Below, one piece after another: positions 39,830 to 49,768 of a stretch of 64,000 bases of DNA. Every line of letters begins with the position of its first letter. The first letter of the stretch is position 1. The position numbers and the translations under genes are program-made. The stretch comes from Candidatus Fervidifonticultor secundus (GTDB lineage Bacteria; Sysuimicrobiota; Sysuimicrobiia; Sysuimicrobiales; Humicultoraceae): NCBI GenBank assembly GCA_031459385.1, contig JAVKIP010000005.1, positions 64,001-128,000 on the forward strand. The letters are read 5' to 3'. Under the pieces are notes generated by a model. It worked only from the letters and a program-made list of their open reading frames with translations, ran no database searches and was not told the origin of the DNA.

Positions 39830-40726
39830 ATGGCAAAGGTCGCGTTCTTCGGAGCCGGGATCATGGGCGAGCCCATGGCCGGGCACTTACTAGAGGCGGG
39901 ACACGAGGTTGTCGTCATGGCCCACCGCAACCGCGCGCCGATCGAGCGCCTGATCGCACGCGGCGCGGTGGAGGCGCGCACCCCGCAGGAGGCGGGCTGG
40001 AGGACCGATACCGCGATCATGATGCTGCCGACCGCGCGCGAGGTGGAGGAGATCGTCTTCGGCGCGGACGGCCTGGCCGCAGCGTTGGGCTCCGGCTATA
40101 CCATCGTGGACATGAGCACCAGCTATCCGCCCGACACGCGGCGCATCGCGGAGCGGGTCGTGGCGGCAGGCGGGCGGTTCCTCGACGCGCCGGTGACCGG
40201 CGGCCCGGCCGGCGCCCGTAACCGCACGCTGACCATCATGGTGGGCGGCGACCCCGAAACCCTGGAAGCGGCCCGCCCGCTCCTAGAGGCGATGGGGCAG
40301 CACGTCCACCACTTCGGACCGGTCGGCGCCGGCCACACCGCGAAGCTAATCCAGAACATGATCAGCATCGTGGCCAGCGCTGGCATCGCCGAGGGCTTCG
40401 CCCTCGCGGCGGCCGCAGGGCTGGACGTGGCCCAGTTCTTCGCGATGCTCTCCACCTCGACGGCCAACAGTCCCACGCTGCAGTACGTGGTGCCACGTAT
40501 CCTCAACCGTGACTTCGAGCGGGTCGGGTTTCGGCTGGACATGGCGTTCAAAGACATCAAGCAGGCGACCGCGCTCGCCCGCGAGCTGACCGTGCCGCTC
40601 TTGGCTGCCAATGGGGCCGCCGAACTTATGCAGCTGGCCCGCGCGCAGGGCTTCGGCCACCTCGACAGTTCGGCCCTGATCCGCGGCCTGGAGGCGGTGC
40701 TGGGAATCGAGGTGCGGCCGAAGTAG
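39830..40726 (+). CDS. NAD(P)-dependent beta-hydroxyacid dehydrogenase (3-HIBADH/GarR family)
   Basis: GAGIMG, DMST, DAPVTGG, MVGG, KLIQN, FRLDMAFKD motifs. Confidence 0.9.
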   Translation: MAKVAFFGAGIMGEPMAGHLLEAGHEVVVMAHRNRAPIERLIARGAVEARTPQEAGWRTDTAIMMLPTAREVEEIVFGADGLAAALGSGYTIVDMSTSYPPDTRRIAERVVAAGGRFLDAPVTGGPAGARNRTLTIMVGGDPETLEAARPLLEAMGQHVHHFGPVGAGHTAKLIQNMISIVASAGIAEGFALAAAAGLDVAQFFAMLSTSTANSPTLQYVVPRILNRDFERVGFRLDMAFKDIKQATALARELTVPLLAANGAAELMQLARAQGFGHLDSSALIRGLEAVLGIEVRPK

Positions 40727-40730
40727 GACC

Positions 40731-40911
40731 CTGCTGAGATTCCTTCTCCTCCACTTGTAGCGCGAGCGGCGCCGCGAGACCCAGATCACCGTCCTCGAAG
40801 CCCTCGCCGATCTGCATCCCACCTCATGCCGACGCCCTCGCTCGAAGCGATCGGCAGGCGGCAATCCGCGCGTACCTGACCTGCGAGCAGGCTCACAGGC
40901 CCGCGCTCTGA
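40731..40911 (+). pseudogene. Possible remnant of a SARP/BTAD-type transcriptional activator
   Basis: Fragments LLRFLLLHL*R...LEAL and, frameshifted, SDRQAAIRAYLTCEQA resemble SARP wHTH and BTAD segments. Weak, by-eye match. Confidence 0.35.
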
Positions 40912-40994
40912 CCCCTGCCTGAGGCATTTCACCCGGATTTCACCACCGTCTCCTATGCTCTCCCCCGACCGAGTGGATTCCGGCGGAGGCGGCC

Positions 40995-41177
40995 GTGGCA
41001 GGCGAGATTCAGTCCGCATCGTTTGTCGTCCGGCTCAGGGTAGACCCCCCAGCACGCCGGCGCTGGTGGGGAGAGGCTCAACATGTCGAGACCGGCGAGC
41101 GGATCGCCTTCCGCGACCAGGCAAAGCTCCTGGAGTTCCTGCAGCGGCACCTGCGGGAGCTGGAGGACACCCGGTGA
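40995..41177 (+). CDS. Small hypothetical protein (60 aa)
   Basis: GGAGG RBS; SFVVRL...W.G..QHVETGE...F...LLEFL pattern that I recall from small proteins near BTAD regulators. Confidence 0.65.
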   Translation: MAGEIQSASFVVRLRVDPPARRRWWGEAQHVETGERIAFRDQAKLLEFLQRHLRELEDTR

Positions 41178-41199
41178 GTCGCTGGCGGAGGTGAGGACG

Positions 41200-41973
41200 A
41201 TGCGGTGGATTGTGGCAGTGTGCGCCATGGTCGTCGGGATCGCCCTGACCGCGGGCGGGCTTGCCGGCGCCCAGACCGTGGCCACCATCATGGCGGCGAA
41301 GCTCATGGAGCCGAATCAGAAGACAGCAGAAGTTTCAACTGAGGAACTTCTCAAGATCCTCGCCGATGGAAGCGCCATCGTCTTCGATGCGCGGCCACAC
41401 CTGGAATGGGCCATCAGCCACATCCCAAGCGCCTACAACGTCGCTCCCAAACCCGGGGTGCCGATGTCGCAGTACGTGTCGGACGTGAACGAGGTCTTGC
41501 GAGCGGTCAACGGCGACAAAACCGCACCCATCGTCCTGTACTGCAACGGTCCCTTCTGCGGGAAGAGCAAGCGGCTGGGCGAGGAACTGGTGGCGGCCGG
41601 GTTCACCAACGTGCGTCGGTACCAGCTTGCTGCGCCGACCTGGCGGGCGCTGGTCGGCTACATGGAGATCGAACTCGACGGCGTTCTCTACACCTACCGG
41701 AACGACAAAACAGCCGTGTTCGTGGACGCCCGATCCTCGGAGGATTTCAAGGCCGGGTCGATCGCTGGCGCCAAGAGCATCCCCTTGGCCGATGTGAAGG
41801 CCGCGAAGGACGACGGCCGCCTGCCGATGGAGGACCACAACACGCGGATCATTGTCTTCGGGAAGGACAGCGCGCAGGCGCAGGCCGTCGCCAAGGCCAT
41901 CGCAAAGGAGGCCTTCCACAACGTCACATACTTCGTGGGGACCTACAGCACGCTGCGCTCGGTGATTACGTAG
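41200..41973 (+). CDS. Exported tandem-rhodanese-domain protein
   Basis: Signal peptide; DAR..EW..SHIP.A, LYCNGPFC; second domain DAR...GSIAGA without a loop Cys. Confidence 0.85.
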   Translation: MRWIVAVCAMVVGIALTAGGLAGAQTVATIMAAKLMEPNQKTAEVSTEELLKILADGSAIVFDARPHLEWAISHIPSAYNVAPKPGVPMSQYVSDVNEVLRAVNGDKTAPIVLYCNGPFCGKSKRLGEELVAAGFTNVRRYQLAAPTWRALVGYMEIELDGVLYTYRNDKTAVFVDARSSEDFKAGSIAGAKSIPLADVKAAKDDGRLPMEDHNTRIIVFGKDSAQAQAVAKAIAKEAFHNVTYFVGTYSTLRSVIT

Positions 41974-42277
41974 CAGGCAGGCCGGCAGCGTGGCGCTGAT
42001 GCGGCTCTTGTCGGCGCTGCATGCCGCATCGGCTACGGGAGGGCAAGAACGTTAGGAGCAGAGGCACGAATCGCACCAAGCAATGTGTACAAGAATCGCT
42101 CCGGACTTTCGGGAGTTTGGCTTGGTCGTCAGCCGACGGTGGAGCCGGACACGCAAGTATACCCTCGCCAGAGAGCATGTGCCCCACAGGCGTGTCCTCG
42201 CGATGTCGCTGAAGGACTCAGTCCCTTCCCACCCCTGAGGCGTGATGGTCTGATGCCAGCAACACCGAACAAAGACC

Positions 42278-42363
42278 TGGTGCCGGGAGGGGGATTTGAA
42301 CCCCCACGGGAAACCCCACACGCCCCTCAAGCGTGCGCGTCTGCCAGATTCCGCCATCCCGGC
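42278..42363 (-). tRNA. tRNA-Leu(GAG), CCA encoded
   Basis: GCCGGGA acceptor, D-arm TGGCGGAATCTGGCAGACGC, anticodon arm CACGC-TTGAGGG-GCGTG, long variable arm, GGTTCAAATCC T-loop, 3' CACCA. Confidence 0.97.
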
Positions 42364-42398
42364 GCGAGCACCCGACGACTCCTCTCGGGAGCAGCGTC

Positions 42399-42427
42399 AT
42401 TATAAAAACCGGCTGCGGCCCTGTCAA
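42399..42427 (-). promoter_or_regulatory. Consensus sigma70 promoter of tRNA-Leu
   Basis: TTGACA-N17-TATAAT, perfect consensus. Confidence 0.9.
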
Positions 42428-42461
42428 ACCGCGGTGTAAGTGATGCGAAACTCCTGGCGCG

Positions 42462-42809
42462 CTACCGCCCGGCAGCCCAGATCGTGTACCAGAACAGGAT
42501 CTCGACCGCGCGGGCGCTCTCGTTGATGATCTTCACCGGCCGTCCGGTCACCGTACCGGCCTGCCCGCTGGCGCGCATGCGCACCGGCACGCACCGGCCC
42601 TCCTCGGTGCACCGCTCCAGGAACACGAACGGCGGTGGCGGCGAGGGGCGGACGAAACTCCAGGTGAACGTCAGGGGCTGCCCGGGTGCCGCAGCCCGCG
42701 GGGGCAGGGGGAAGGTGACCTCCACCGTCCGCCTGGGGGGCACGTGTACCTGGTACGTGGCCGTGTGTGCTTCCACCCACGGCACAACCCCGGCGGCGAC
42801 GGCGAGCAT
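42462..42809 (-). CDS. Hypothetical small exported beta-rich protein
   Basis: Hydrophobic N-terminus, Cys pair (CTEEGRC); fills the secG-tRNA gap. Start uncertain. Confidence 0.5.
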   Translation of the reverse strand: MLAVAAGVVPWVEAHTATYQVHVPPRRTVEVTFPLPPRAAAPGQPLTFTWSFVRPSPPPPFVFLERCTEEGRCVPVRMRASGQAGTVTGRPVKIINESARAVEILFWYTIWAAGR

Positions 42810-42859
42810 GACGACGGGCGCCGGAGCCCGGCGCCCACTGGCACGCTGGCTGGTCGTCG

Positions 42860-43087
42860 CTAGCGCCAGAACGCCAGCACGCTTGCGATCAGCACGAACG
42901 CGATCGAGAAGCCGGCGGTGACCCTGGTGAGCAGCGTCTCGCGCGGGCGCGGGCCATGGAACAGCCGCGCGCTGCCGCCGATGGCGCCCAGGCCCTCGCC
43001 CTTGGGCCCCTGCAGCAGGATGATCCCGATGAGCGCCAGCGCGATCACCAGGTACACGATGTAGAGCGCAAGGGGGATGTCTGCCAC
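42860..43087 (-). CDS. secG: Preprotein translocase subunit SecG
   Basis: ILLQGPKGEGLGAIGG, LTRVT; two TMs; follows tpiA. Confidence 0.92.
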   Translation of the reverse strand: MADIPLALYIVYLVIALALIGIILLQGPKGEGLGAIGGSARLFHGPRPRETLLTRVTAGFSIAFVLIASVLAFWR

Positions 43088-43184
43088 CTGAGTGTCCTCC
43101 CTGTGACCGCCCCAAGACCAGCAGCGTCGCTGCCCGGAGCGCCCCTCATGCTAACACCCGCGGGCGCAGGCTTCAAGCGCTGCG

Positions 43185-43958
43185 CTACTCAGCACCGACC
43201 CGCACGCCGCGCACCGCCCGCACGATCGCCGCGAAGGCGTCGGCCTGCAGACTGGCGCCGCCGACCAGCGCGCCGTCCACGTCGGGCTGCGCGGCGAACT
43301 CCTCGATCGTCTGCGGCGTGACGCTGCCACCGTAGAGCACGCGGACGGCCTGGGCGGCCTCGCCGAACCGCTCGCGCAGCCAGGCACGTAGTAGCCCGGC
43401 CACGCGGCCGGCCTCCGCGCCGGTCGCGGGCCGGCCGGTCCCGATGGCCCAGACCGGCTCGTAGGCCACGACCAGGTGCGGGACCTGGGCCGCGGTCACG
43501 TCGGCGACGCCGGCGCGCACCTGCGCTTGCAGCACGGCCTCGGTGCCACCGGCCTCCCGCTCCTCCAGCGTCTCGCCCACGCAGAGGATGGGCACCAGGT
43601 CGTGCGCGAAGGCGGCCGCGATCTTTCGCTGCACCATGGCGTCGGTCTCGCCCAGGCCGTGCCGGCGCTCGGAGTGTCCGACGATCACATGGGTGCACGC
43701 CAGGTCCCGCAGCATCGGCGCGGCGATCTCGCCCGTGAACGCTCCCTGCGGGGCCCAGTGCACGTTCTGCGCGCCCAGCGCGAGCGACGAACCGGCCAGG
43801 GCGCGGCCGACGTCGGCCAGCGCCGTGTAGGGCGGGCAGACGACCACATCGATCCCCTCCAGGCCGTCGAGCATCTGCCGCAGCGCGGCGGCCAGGGCCA
43901 CGGCCTCGCGTACGGTCAGGTGCATCTTCCAGTTGCCGGCCACGAGCGGCGTGCGCAT
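43185..43958 (-). CDS. tpiA: Triosephosphate isomerase
   Basis: AGNWKM, GHSERR, AYEPVWAIGTG, YGGSV motifs. Confidence 0.98.
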   Translation of the reverse strand: MRTPLVAGNWKMHLTVREAVALAAALRQMLDGLEGIDVVVCPPYTALADVGRALAGSSLALGAQNVHWAPQGAFTGEIAAPMLRDLACTHVIVGHSERRHGLGETDAMVQRKIAAAFAHDLVPILCVGETLEEREAGGTEAVLQAQVRAGVADVTAAQVPHLVVAYEPVWAIGTGRPATGAEAGRVAGLLRAWLRERFGEAAQAVRVLYGGSVTPQTIEEFAAQPDVDGALVGGASLQADAFAAIVRAVRGVRVGAE

Positions 43959-44021
43959 CGCTACCTCCTGGCACGGACCGCGTGCGGTCGCACCGGGCGC
44001 GTCATGCGTGGACGGCGGGGG

Positions 44022-45203
44022 TCATGCGTCCTGCAGCGCTGCCACGCCCGGCAGCTCGCGCCCCTCCAGGAACTCCAGCGCCGCGCCGCCGCCAGTCGAG
44101 ACGTGCGTCATGCGGTCGGCCAGCCCGAACTCGTCCACTGCTGCGGCGGTGTCGCCGCCACCCACGATGGTGACGGCCGCCGAGCGGGCCATGGCCTCGG
44201 CCACGGCGCGGGTGCCGGCGGCGAACGCAGGGATCTCGAAGACCCCCATGGGACCGTTCCACAGCACCGTGCCCGCCTGGGCGATGACGCCGGCGAAGTG
44301 CGCGGCGGTCTCGGGGCCGATGTCCACCCCGGCCCAGTCCGGCGGGATGGCCGTGGCGGGCACGACGCGCCAGGGCGCGTCGGCACGCACGGCCTGGGCG
44401 ACCACGACGTCCACCGGCAGGTGCACGGCCACCCCGCGACTGACGCCGTCAGCCAGCAGGCTCGCCGCCAGTGCCAGCCGGTCGGTCTCGCAGATCGACG
44501 CCCCGATCTCGACTCCCCTGGCCCGCAGGAACGTGTACGCCATCCCGCCGCCGATCAGCAGCGCGTCGGCCCGCGTCAGCAGGTGCTGGATCACCGCGAT
44601 CTTGTCCGACACCTTCTTGCCGCCGAGGACGGCGACGAACGGGCGCGCCGGGTGCTCCAGCGCCTGGCCCAGGTGGCGCAGCTCCTTCTCCATCAGGAAG
44701 CCGGCGACGGCCGGCAGGAGCGCGGCGACGCCCGCCGTGGAGGCGTGCGCTCGGTGGGCGGTACCGAAGGCGTCGTTCACGTACAGGTCGGCCAGGGCCG
44801 CGAGCTGTGCCGCGAACGCCTGGTCGTTGGCCTCCTCGCCCGCGTGGAAGCGCAGGTTCTCCAGGAGCACGACCTGGCCGGGCTGCAGGGCCGCCACCGC
44901 GGCCGCAACCTCCGGACCGACGCAGTCCGGCAGCACCGGCACCTGCTGCCCCAGCAGCACACTCAGGCGCTTGGCCACCGGCCCCAGGTGGAAGCGCGGG
45001 TCGGGCCGGCCGCCAGGTCGCCCCAGGTGCGAGGCCAGGATGACCCGGGCCCCGCGTTCGACCAGGAAGCGGATCGTCGGAAGGGCCTCGCGGATCCGGC
45101 GGTCGTCGGTGATCGCCTCGCCGTCCATGGGGACGTTGAAGTCAACGCGCACCAGAACCCGCTTGCCGGCCACGTCCACGTCGCGAATCGTCTTCTTTGC
45201 CAT
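44022..45203 (-). CDS. pgk: Phosphoglycerate kinase
   Basis: [35 protein letters not shown] motifs. Confidence 0.98.
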   Translation of the reverse strand: MAKKTIRDVDVAGKRVLVRVDFNVPMDGEAITDDRRIREALPTIRFLVERGARVILASHLGRPGGRPDPRFHLGPVAKRLSVLLGQQVPVLPDCVGPEVAAAVAALQPGQVVLLENLRFHAGEEANDQAFAAQLAALADLYVNDAFGTAHRAHASTAGVAALLPAVAGFLMEKELRHLGQALEHPARPFVAVLGGKKVSDKIAVIQHLLTRADALLIGGGMAYTFLRARGVEIGASICETDRLALAASLLADGVSRGVAVHLPVDVVVAQAVRADAPWRVVPATAIPPDWAGVDIGPETAAHFAGVIAQAGTVLWNGPMGVFEIPAFAAGTRAVAEAMARSAAVTIVGGGDTAAAVDEFGLADRMTHVSTGGGAALEFLEGRELPGVAALQDA

Positions 45204-45302
45204 GGCTTCTGCCCCGCGCGCCGGCGCGGGGCGCGCCGCGGCCCCTCGTCCGCGCGCGAGGGCCGCGGGCGGATCGCCCGCGGCCCCCCGCCACCCGCCG
45301 GG

Positions 45303-46316
45303 CTACAACCCGCGCTCGTACATGTACGCGACCAGGTCGGCCACGCGGCACGCGTATCCCCACTCGTTGTCGTACCAGGTCATGACCTTCACGAACGTGT
45401 CGTGCAGCACGGTGGTGAGCGGCCCGTCCACGATGCCCGAGCGGGGGTCGCCCTTGAAGTCCATCGAGACGAGTTCTTCCTCGGAGAACCCCAGGACCTT
45501 GCGCATGTCGCCCGCGGCGTGGCGCTTGAACGCCGCGTTGACCTCCTCGGCCGAGGCCGGCCGCTCCAGCTCGCACACCAGGTCGACGATCGACACCGTC
45601 GGGGTCGGCACCCGCAGCGCGATGCCGTGCATGCGGCCCTTGAGCTCGGGCAGTACCAGGAAGATCGCCTTGGCCGCACCGGTCGTCGCCGGGATGATGT
45701 TCAAGGCCGCGGCGCGCGCCTCGCGCAGGTTCTCCCCGACCACGTCCAGGATGCGCTGGGTGTTCGTGTACGAGTGCACGGTGGTCATGAAGCCACGCGC
45801 GATGCCAAACTCGCGGCTCAGCACCTTGGCGGTCACGGCCAGGGCGTTGGTGGTGCACGAGCCGTTGCTTACGATGGTATGCCGGGCCGGGTCGTACAGC
45901 TCGTGGTTGACGCCCATGTTCACCGTGAGGTCCTCGCCCTTGCCCGGCGCGCTGATCACGACCTTCTGCGCGCCGTGGACCAGGTGCCCGCGGGCCTTCT
46001 CGGCCGCGGTGAACCGCCCGGTGGACTCCACCACGATCTGGGCGCCCACCTGGTCCCAGGGGATCTGGGCCGGGTCGCGTTCGGAGAAGACGCGGATCTC
46101 GTGGCCGTCGATCACCAGCACGCTGTCCCGGGCTGTGACGGTCCCCGGATAGGTGCCGTAGTTGGAGTCGTACTTGAAGAGGTGCGCGTTCGTCTGCAGA
46201 TCGGCGATGTCGTTGATGGCCACGACCTCGATGTCTTCGGGGTACCGCTCGCGCATCGCCCGCAGGGACTGTCGGCCGATGCGCCCGAAGCCGTTGATTC
46301 CCACCCGAACTGGCAT
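45303..46316 (-). CDS. gap: Glyceraldehyde-3-phosphate dehydrogenase, type I
   Basis: [27 protein letters not shown] motifs. Confidence 0.98.
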   Translation of the reverse strand: MPVRVGINGFGRIGRQSLRAMRERYPEDIEVVAINDIADLQTNAHLFKYDSNYGTYPGTVTARDSVLVIDGHEIRVFSERDPAQIPWDQVGAQIVVESTGRFTAAEKARGHLVHGAQKVVISAPGKGEDLTVNMGVNHELYDPARHTIVSNGSCTTNALAVTAKVLSREFGIARGFMTTVHSYTNTQRILDVVGENLREARAAALNIIPATTGAAKAIFLVLPELKGRMHGIALRVPTPTVSIVDLVCELERPASAEEVNAAFKRHAAGDMRKVLGFSEEELVSMDFKGDPRSGIVDGPLTTVLHDTFVKVMTWYDNEWGYACRVADLVAYMYERGL

Positions 46317-46503
46317 CCTCCACCTCCTCGCCGCGGGCGCACACTCCCGCACGCCTCCAGGGTAGCGCACGCCGTCGCCGACTGTCATCGGGCCCCGACC
46401 CGATCCGCTCGCGCGCCGGCGCGCCCCGCGCCCGGCGCGGTCCGTCTACGGGTCAGTCAGCCGCGCCCGTGGGGCGTGGCCGGCCTCGCGCGCGGACCGT
46501 GGC

Positions 46504-46869
46504 CTACCCGCGACGCGCGTCGGACCGATCGACCTTCAGGTAGGTGGCCAGCACGTCGCGCCGGATGAAGCCGATGTTGTCGAAAATGCGGATGCTGAAA
46601 GCGATGACGGCGCCCAGGTAGATGTCCAGTCCCAGCAGGTCCCCGATGGCCGTCAGCAGGGCGGCGAACCCGGCGTTCACCACGAATCCCGAGAGGAAGA
46701 TCAGCAAGTCGAACCGCTCCTCGAGCTGGGCGCGCAGCCCGCCGAGCACCGTGTCGATCGCGGCCAGGATGGCGATGGCGGTGTACTTCACGTAGCCCAG
46801 CGGGATCTCCACCGACACCAGGAAGCCCAGCACGACGCCCACGACCAGGCCGAGCAGCGGCAGCCACAT
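46504..46869 (-). CDS. sbp: Small basic protein (DUF1290)
   Basis: AILAAIDTVLGGLRA, F.SGF..N, RIFDN pattern; adjacent to DUF881. Confidence 0.88.
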   Translation of the reverse strand: MWLPLLGLVVGVVLGFLVSVEIPLGYVKYTAIAILAAIDTVLGGLRAQLEERFDLLIFLSGFVVNAGFAALLTAIGDLLGLDIYLGAVIAFSIRIFDNIGFIRRDVLATYLKVDRSDARRG

Positions 46870-46881
46870 GGACGATCCCTC

Positions 46882-47631
46882 CTACTGCGGTAGGCCCGTG
46901 CGCACGTGCTCGAACCGGTAGATCCCGCGGTAGCCCGGCAGGGTGACGCGCGCCTGCCGCGAGATGCGCGCAGGGAAGTCAAAGGCCGCCAGCAGCTCCA
47001 GCGCGCCGCCTCGCCGGCGCAGGGCTGCCAGCAGTCGGTCGGGGTCGCCAATGGCGCTGATCACGTACGGCGGGGCCAGCCGCTTGGCGTTGCAGAGGAT
47101 GGTGGTGCCGACGCAGTTGATGCCGGTGCTGGACACGATTCGTTCGCCGTTGATCGCGATCGCCTCGGCCCCGGCCGCCCACAGCTCGGCCACCACGGCG
47201 TAGAGGTCCGAGTAGTGCAGGATGGTCTTGTTGGGATCCTCGCCGGGGCGGGGTGGTCGGGGGCTGTCGTTGAGCTCGACCACCACGCCGGGGCCCTCCA
47301 GCGGGGTGAGCCCGGCGCGGGCACGCAGCTCCTGGAGCGCGCGGTTCAGCCGGGCAGCCGCCGTTCGCCGTTCTGCCGCGGCCTTCTCATAGTCCTGGAG
47401 GCGGGCCCGCAGGTCGGCGATCTCGGCTTCCAGGGTAGCCCGGTGGCGCTCCTGATCCCGCAGGTTCACGGCCAGCTGTTCCAGCTCCGTCGGCGGAATC
47501 TGCAGAGTGCGCCGGACCTGCCAGACCGTGCGCACCTGGACGACCACGACGAAGCCGACCAGCGCCAGCAGCCCGGCCAGCCAGGCCTGCCACTGGTGCC
47601 CACGCGGCGCCGCTGCGGCGGGGTGCACCAT
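46882..47631 (-). CDS. DUF881 (YlxX/YlxW-like) protein
   Basis: TM plus coiled coil; GLTPLEGPGV, ELWAAGAEAIAINGER, PPYVISAIG motifs. Confidence 0.9.
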   Translation of the reverse strand: MVHPAAAAPRGHQWQAWLAGLLALVGFVVVVQVRTVWQVRRTLQIPPTELEQLAVNLRDQERHRATLEAEIADLRARLQDYEKAAAERRTAAARLNRALQELRARAGLTPLEGPGVVVELNDSPRPPRPGEDPNKTILHYSDLYAVVAELWAAGAEAIAINGERIVSSTGINCVGTTILCNAKRLAPPYVISAIGDPDRLLAALRRRGGALELLAAFDFPARISRQARVTLPGYRGIYRFEHVRTGLPQ

Positions 47632-47636
47632 GCGCG

Positions 47637-48278
47637 TCAGGCCCCCGCTTCCTTGGCCTCGAGCTTCTTCTTGATGCGCTTCAGGCGGAAGACGTCCTCG
47701 CGGGCACGCTGCTCCAGCACCGACGAGATGTACCGGGTCTCCATGCGCAGCCGCGGGATGACCACCTGCTCCAGGGCGTTGACCCGCCGCGTGGTCTTCT
47801 TGATCTCCTCGCCGATCTTGCGCAGCTTGATCTCGGTGGCCGCCACGGCCAGGATGGCGCTCACCACTTCCTCGAACTGGCTCGTGCTCTCCATGGTGCG
47901 CGCGCTGGTGGCCACCGGGTTCTGCCCGCGCTCCAGCAGCGGCCGCCGGACGTCGGTGATGGCCACCTCCGGGATCTTCGTGCCCCAGACGTTCCGGATC
48001 GCGATGTTCAGCAGCACGTCCCGCTGCGCCGGGATGGCGGCCGCCTCCAGCGCCTCGCGGCCCTCGAAGGCCTTGGCCAGGGTCAGCATCACGTAGGCCT
48101 CGCGACAGGCGGCACTGAGCCGTTGGCGGGCCTGGAGCGACTCGCGGACGATCTTGAAGAAGTCGGCCACCAGCGCGTCGCGCTTGCGCTTGAGCAGATC
48201 CACGCCCTGCTGCGCGACGCGCAGCTGGTTGCGCCGCTGCAGCAGGTTCATGCGAGTCGGGCTGATGACTTCCGCCAT
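47637..48278 (-). CDS. V/A-type ATP synthase subunit D
   Basis: PTRMNL, LLKRKRDAL, TRRVNALE motifs. Confidence 0.95.
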   Translation of the reverse strand: MAEVISPTRMNLLQRRNQLRVAQQGVDLLKRKRDALVADFFKIVRESLQARQRLSAACREAYVMLTLAKAFEGREALEAAAIPAQRDVLLNIAIRNVWGTKIPEVAITDVRRPLLERGQNPVATSARTMESTSQFEEVVSAILAVAATEIKLRKIGEEIKKTTRRVNALEQVVIPRLRMETRYISSVLEQRAREDVFRLKRIKKKLEAKEAGA

Positions 48279-48347
48279 GCGCGCTCCTCGGCTCCCGTCA
48301 GCGCCCGGGCCGTGGCGCCGCCCCCGGCGCGGCGCCGGCCCCCGACG

Positions 48348-49763
48348 TCACAGCCGGACCTTCTCCTCCCAGAGCTGCTCCATCTGCTCGCCGAAGTAGT
48401 ACCGGTCCACGTGATCCTGCTTGATGCGCTTGAGCTCGCCTTTGGGGAACATCGACAGCAGCTTCCAGCCCATCGTCAGGGTGTCCTCGATGGACCGGTC
48501 GGTCTGGCCCTGGCCCAGGAACTCGCGCTCGAACACCTCAGCGAACTTCAGGTAGAGCCGGTCCCGATCGGTCAGCGCCTCCTCGCCGATGATGGCCACC
48601 AGGCGGCGGAGGTCCACGCCGTTGGCGTACGACGCGAAGAGCTGGTCCTTGACGTTGGCATGGTCGGCGCGGGTCCGCCCGGGTCCGATGCCGTCGTTCA
48701 TCAGGCGCGACAGGCTCGGCAGCGGGTTGATGGGCGGGTAGATCCCGTTGCGGTGCAACGCCCGGCTCAGCACGATCTGCCCCTCGGTGATGTAGCCGGT
48801 GAGGTCCGGGATCGGGTGGGTGATGTCGTCGTCGGGCATGGTGAGGATCGGCAGCTGGGTGATGGAGCCTTTGCGGCCGTGGATGCGGCCCGCCCGCTCG
48901 TAGATCGTGGCCAGGTCGGTGTACATGTAGCCGGGGTAGCCGCGCCGGCCCGGGATCTCCTCTCGGGCGGCCCCGATCTCCCGCAGGGCCTCGCAGTAGT
49001 TGGTCATGTCCGTCAGAATGACCAGCACCTGCATCTCCAGCTCGAACGCCAGGTACTCGGCCGTGGTCAGTGCCACGCGGGGGGTCATGAGCCGCTCGAT
49101 GGCCGGGTCGTCAGCCAGATTGAGGAAGACGACGCTGCGGGCCAGGGCACCGGTCGACTCGAACTGCTCGATGAAGTACGCCGCCTCGCGTTGGGTAATG
49201 CCCATGGCGCCGAAGACCACCGAGAACTCCTCGCCCTCGCCGCGCACCTTGGCCTGGCGGGCGATCTGGGCGGCCAGCTCGTTGTGGGGCAGGCCGGCAC
49301 CCGAGAAGATCGGGAGCTTCTGGCCGCGCACCAGCGTGTTCAGGCCGTCGATGGCCGAGATGCCGGACTGGATGAACTCCTGGGGCCGCTGCCGCGCCAC
49401 GGGGTTGATGGGCGCGCCCACCACCGGCAGGCGCTTCTCGGGGATGATGGGCGGCAGCCCGTCGATGGGATCGCCCAGGCCGTTGAACCGGCGGCCGATC
49501 ATCTCCCGCGAGACGCCGATCCGCGCCACGTCCTCGCGCAGGCTCACCGACGTGTTGGCCAGGTCCAGTCCCGCCGTCTCCTCGAAGACCTGGATGACCG
49601 CCACCTTCTCCGAGGCCTCGATCACCTGCCCGCCCCGGGTGCTGCCGTCGGGCAGGTGGATGTTGACGATGGCGCCGTAGGGCAGGTCCGCTGCCCCTTC
49701 CACGAACAGCAGCGGGCCCGAGATGTACGAGATGGACTGGTACTGCTTGGTCGCCAGCTCCAT
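48348..49763 (-). CDS. V/A-type ATP synthase subunit B
   Basis: [41 protein letters not shown] motifs. Confidence 0.97.
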   Translation of the reverse strand: MELATKQYQSISYISGPLLFVEGAADLPYGAIVNIHLPDGSTRGGQVIEASEKVAVIQVFEETAGLDLANTSVSLREDVARIGVSREMIGRRFNGLGDPIDGLPPIIPEKRLPVVGAPINPVARQRPQEFIQSGISAIDGLNTLVRGQKLPIFSGAGLPHNELAAQIARQAKVRGEGEEFSVVFGAMGITQREAAYFIEQFESTGALARSVVFLNLADDPAIERLMTPRVALTTAEYLAFELEMQVLVILTDMTNYCEALREIGAAREEIPGRRGYPGYMYTDLATIYERAGRIHGRKGSITQLPILTMPDDDITHPIPDLTGYITEGQIVLSRALHRNGIYPPINPLPSLSRLMNDGIGPGRTRADHANVKDQLFASYANGVDLRRLVAIIGEEALTDRDRLYLKFAEVFEREFLGQGQTDRSIEDTLTMGWKLLSMFPKGELKRIKQDHVDRYYFGEQMEQLWEEKVRL

Positions 49764-49768
49764 GCCCC

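Noticed and set aside
1..42277. Whole left half as a single mobile element integrated at tRNA-Leu
   Set aside because: No integrase, att duplicate or transfer genes are visible, and most genes have host-like GC.
45850..45870. GAPDH active site SCTTNAL lacking the second Cys
   Set aside because: Substitution at this position is a known natural variation.
45211..46440. GC-only inverted repeats flanking gap
   Set aside because: Low-complexity G/C runs, with no transposase or target duplication.
43476..46568. Very long ORFs (1030 aa here; also 53502..56081, 56847..59354, 60507..63158)
   Set aside because: They are antisense shadows of conserved genes, expected at high GC, and carry no recognisable motifs.
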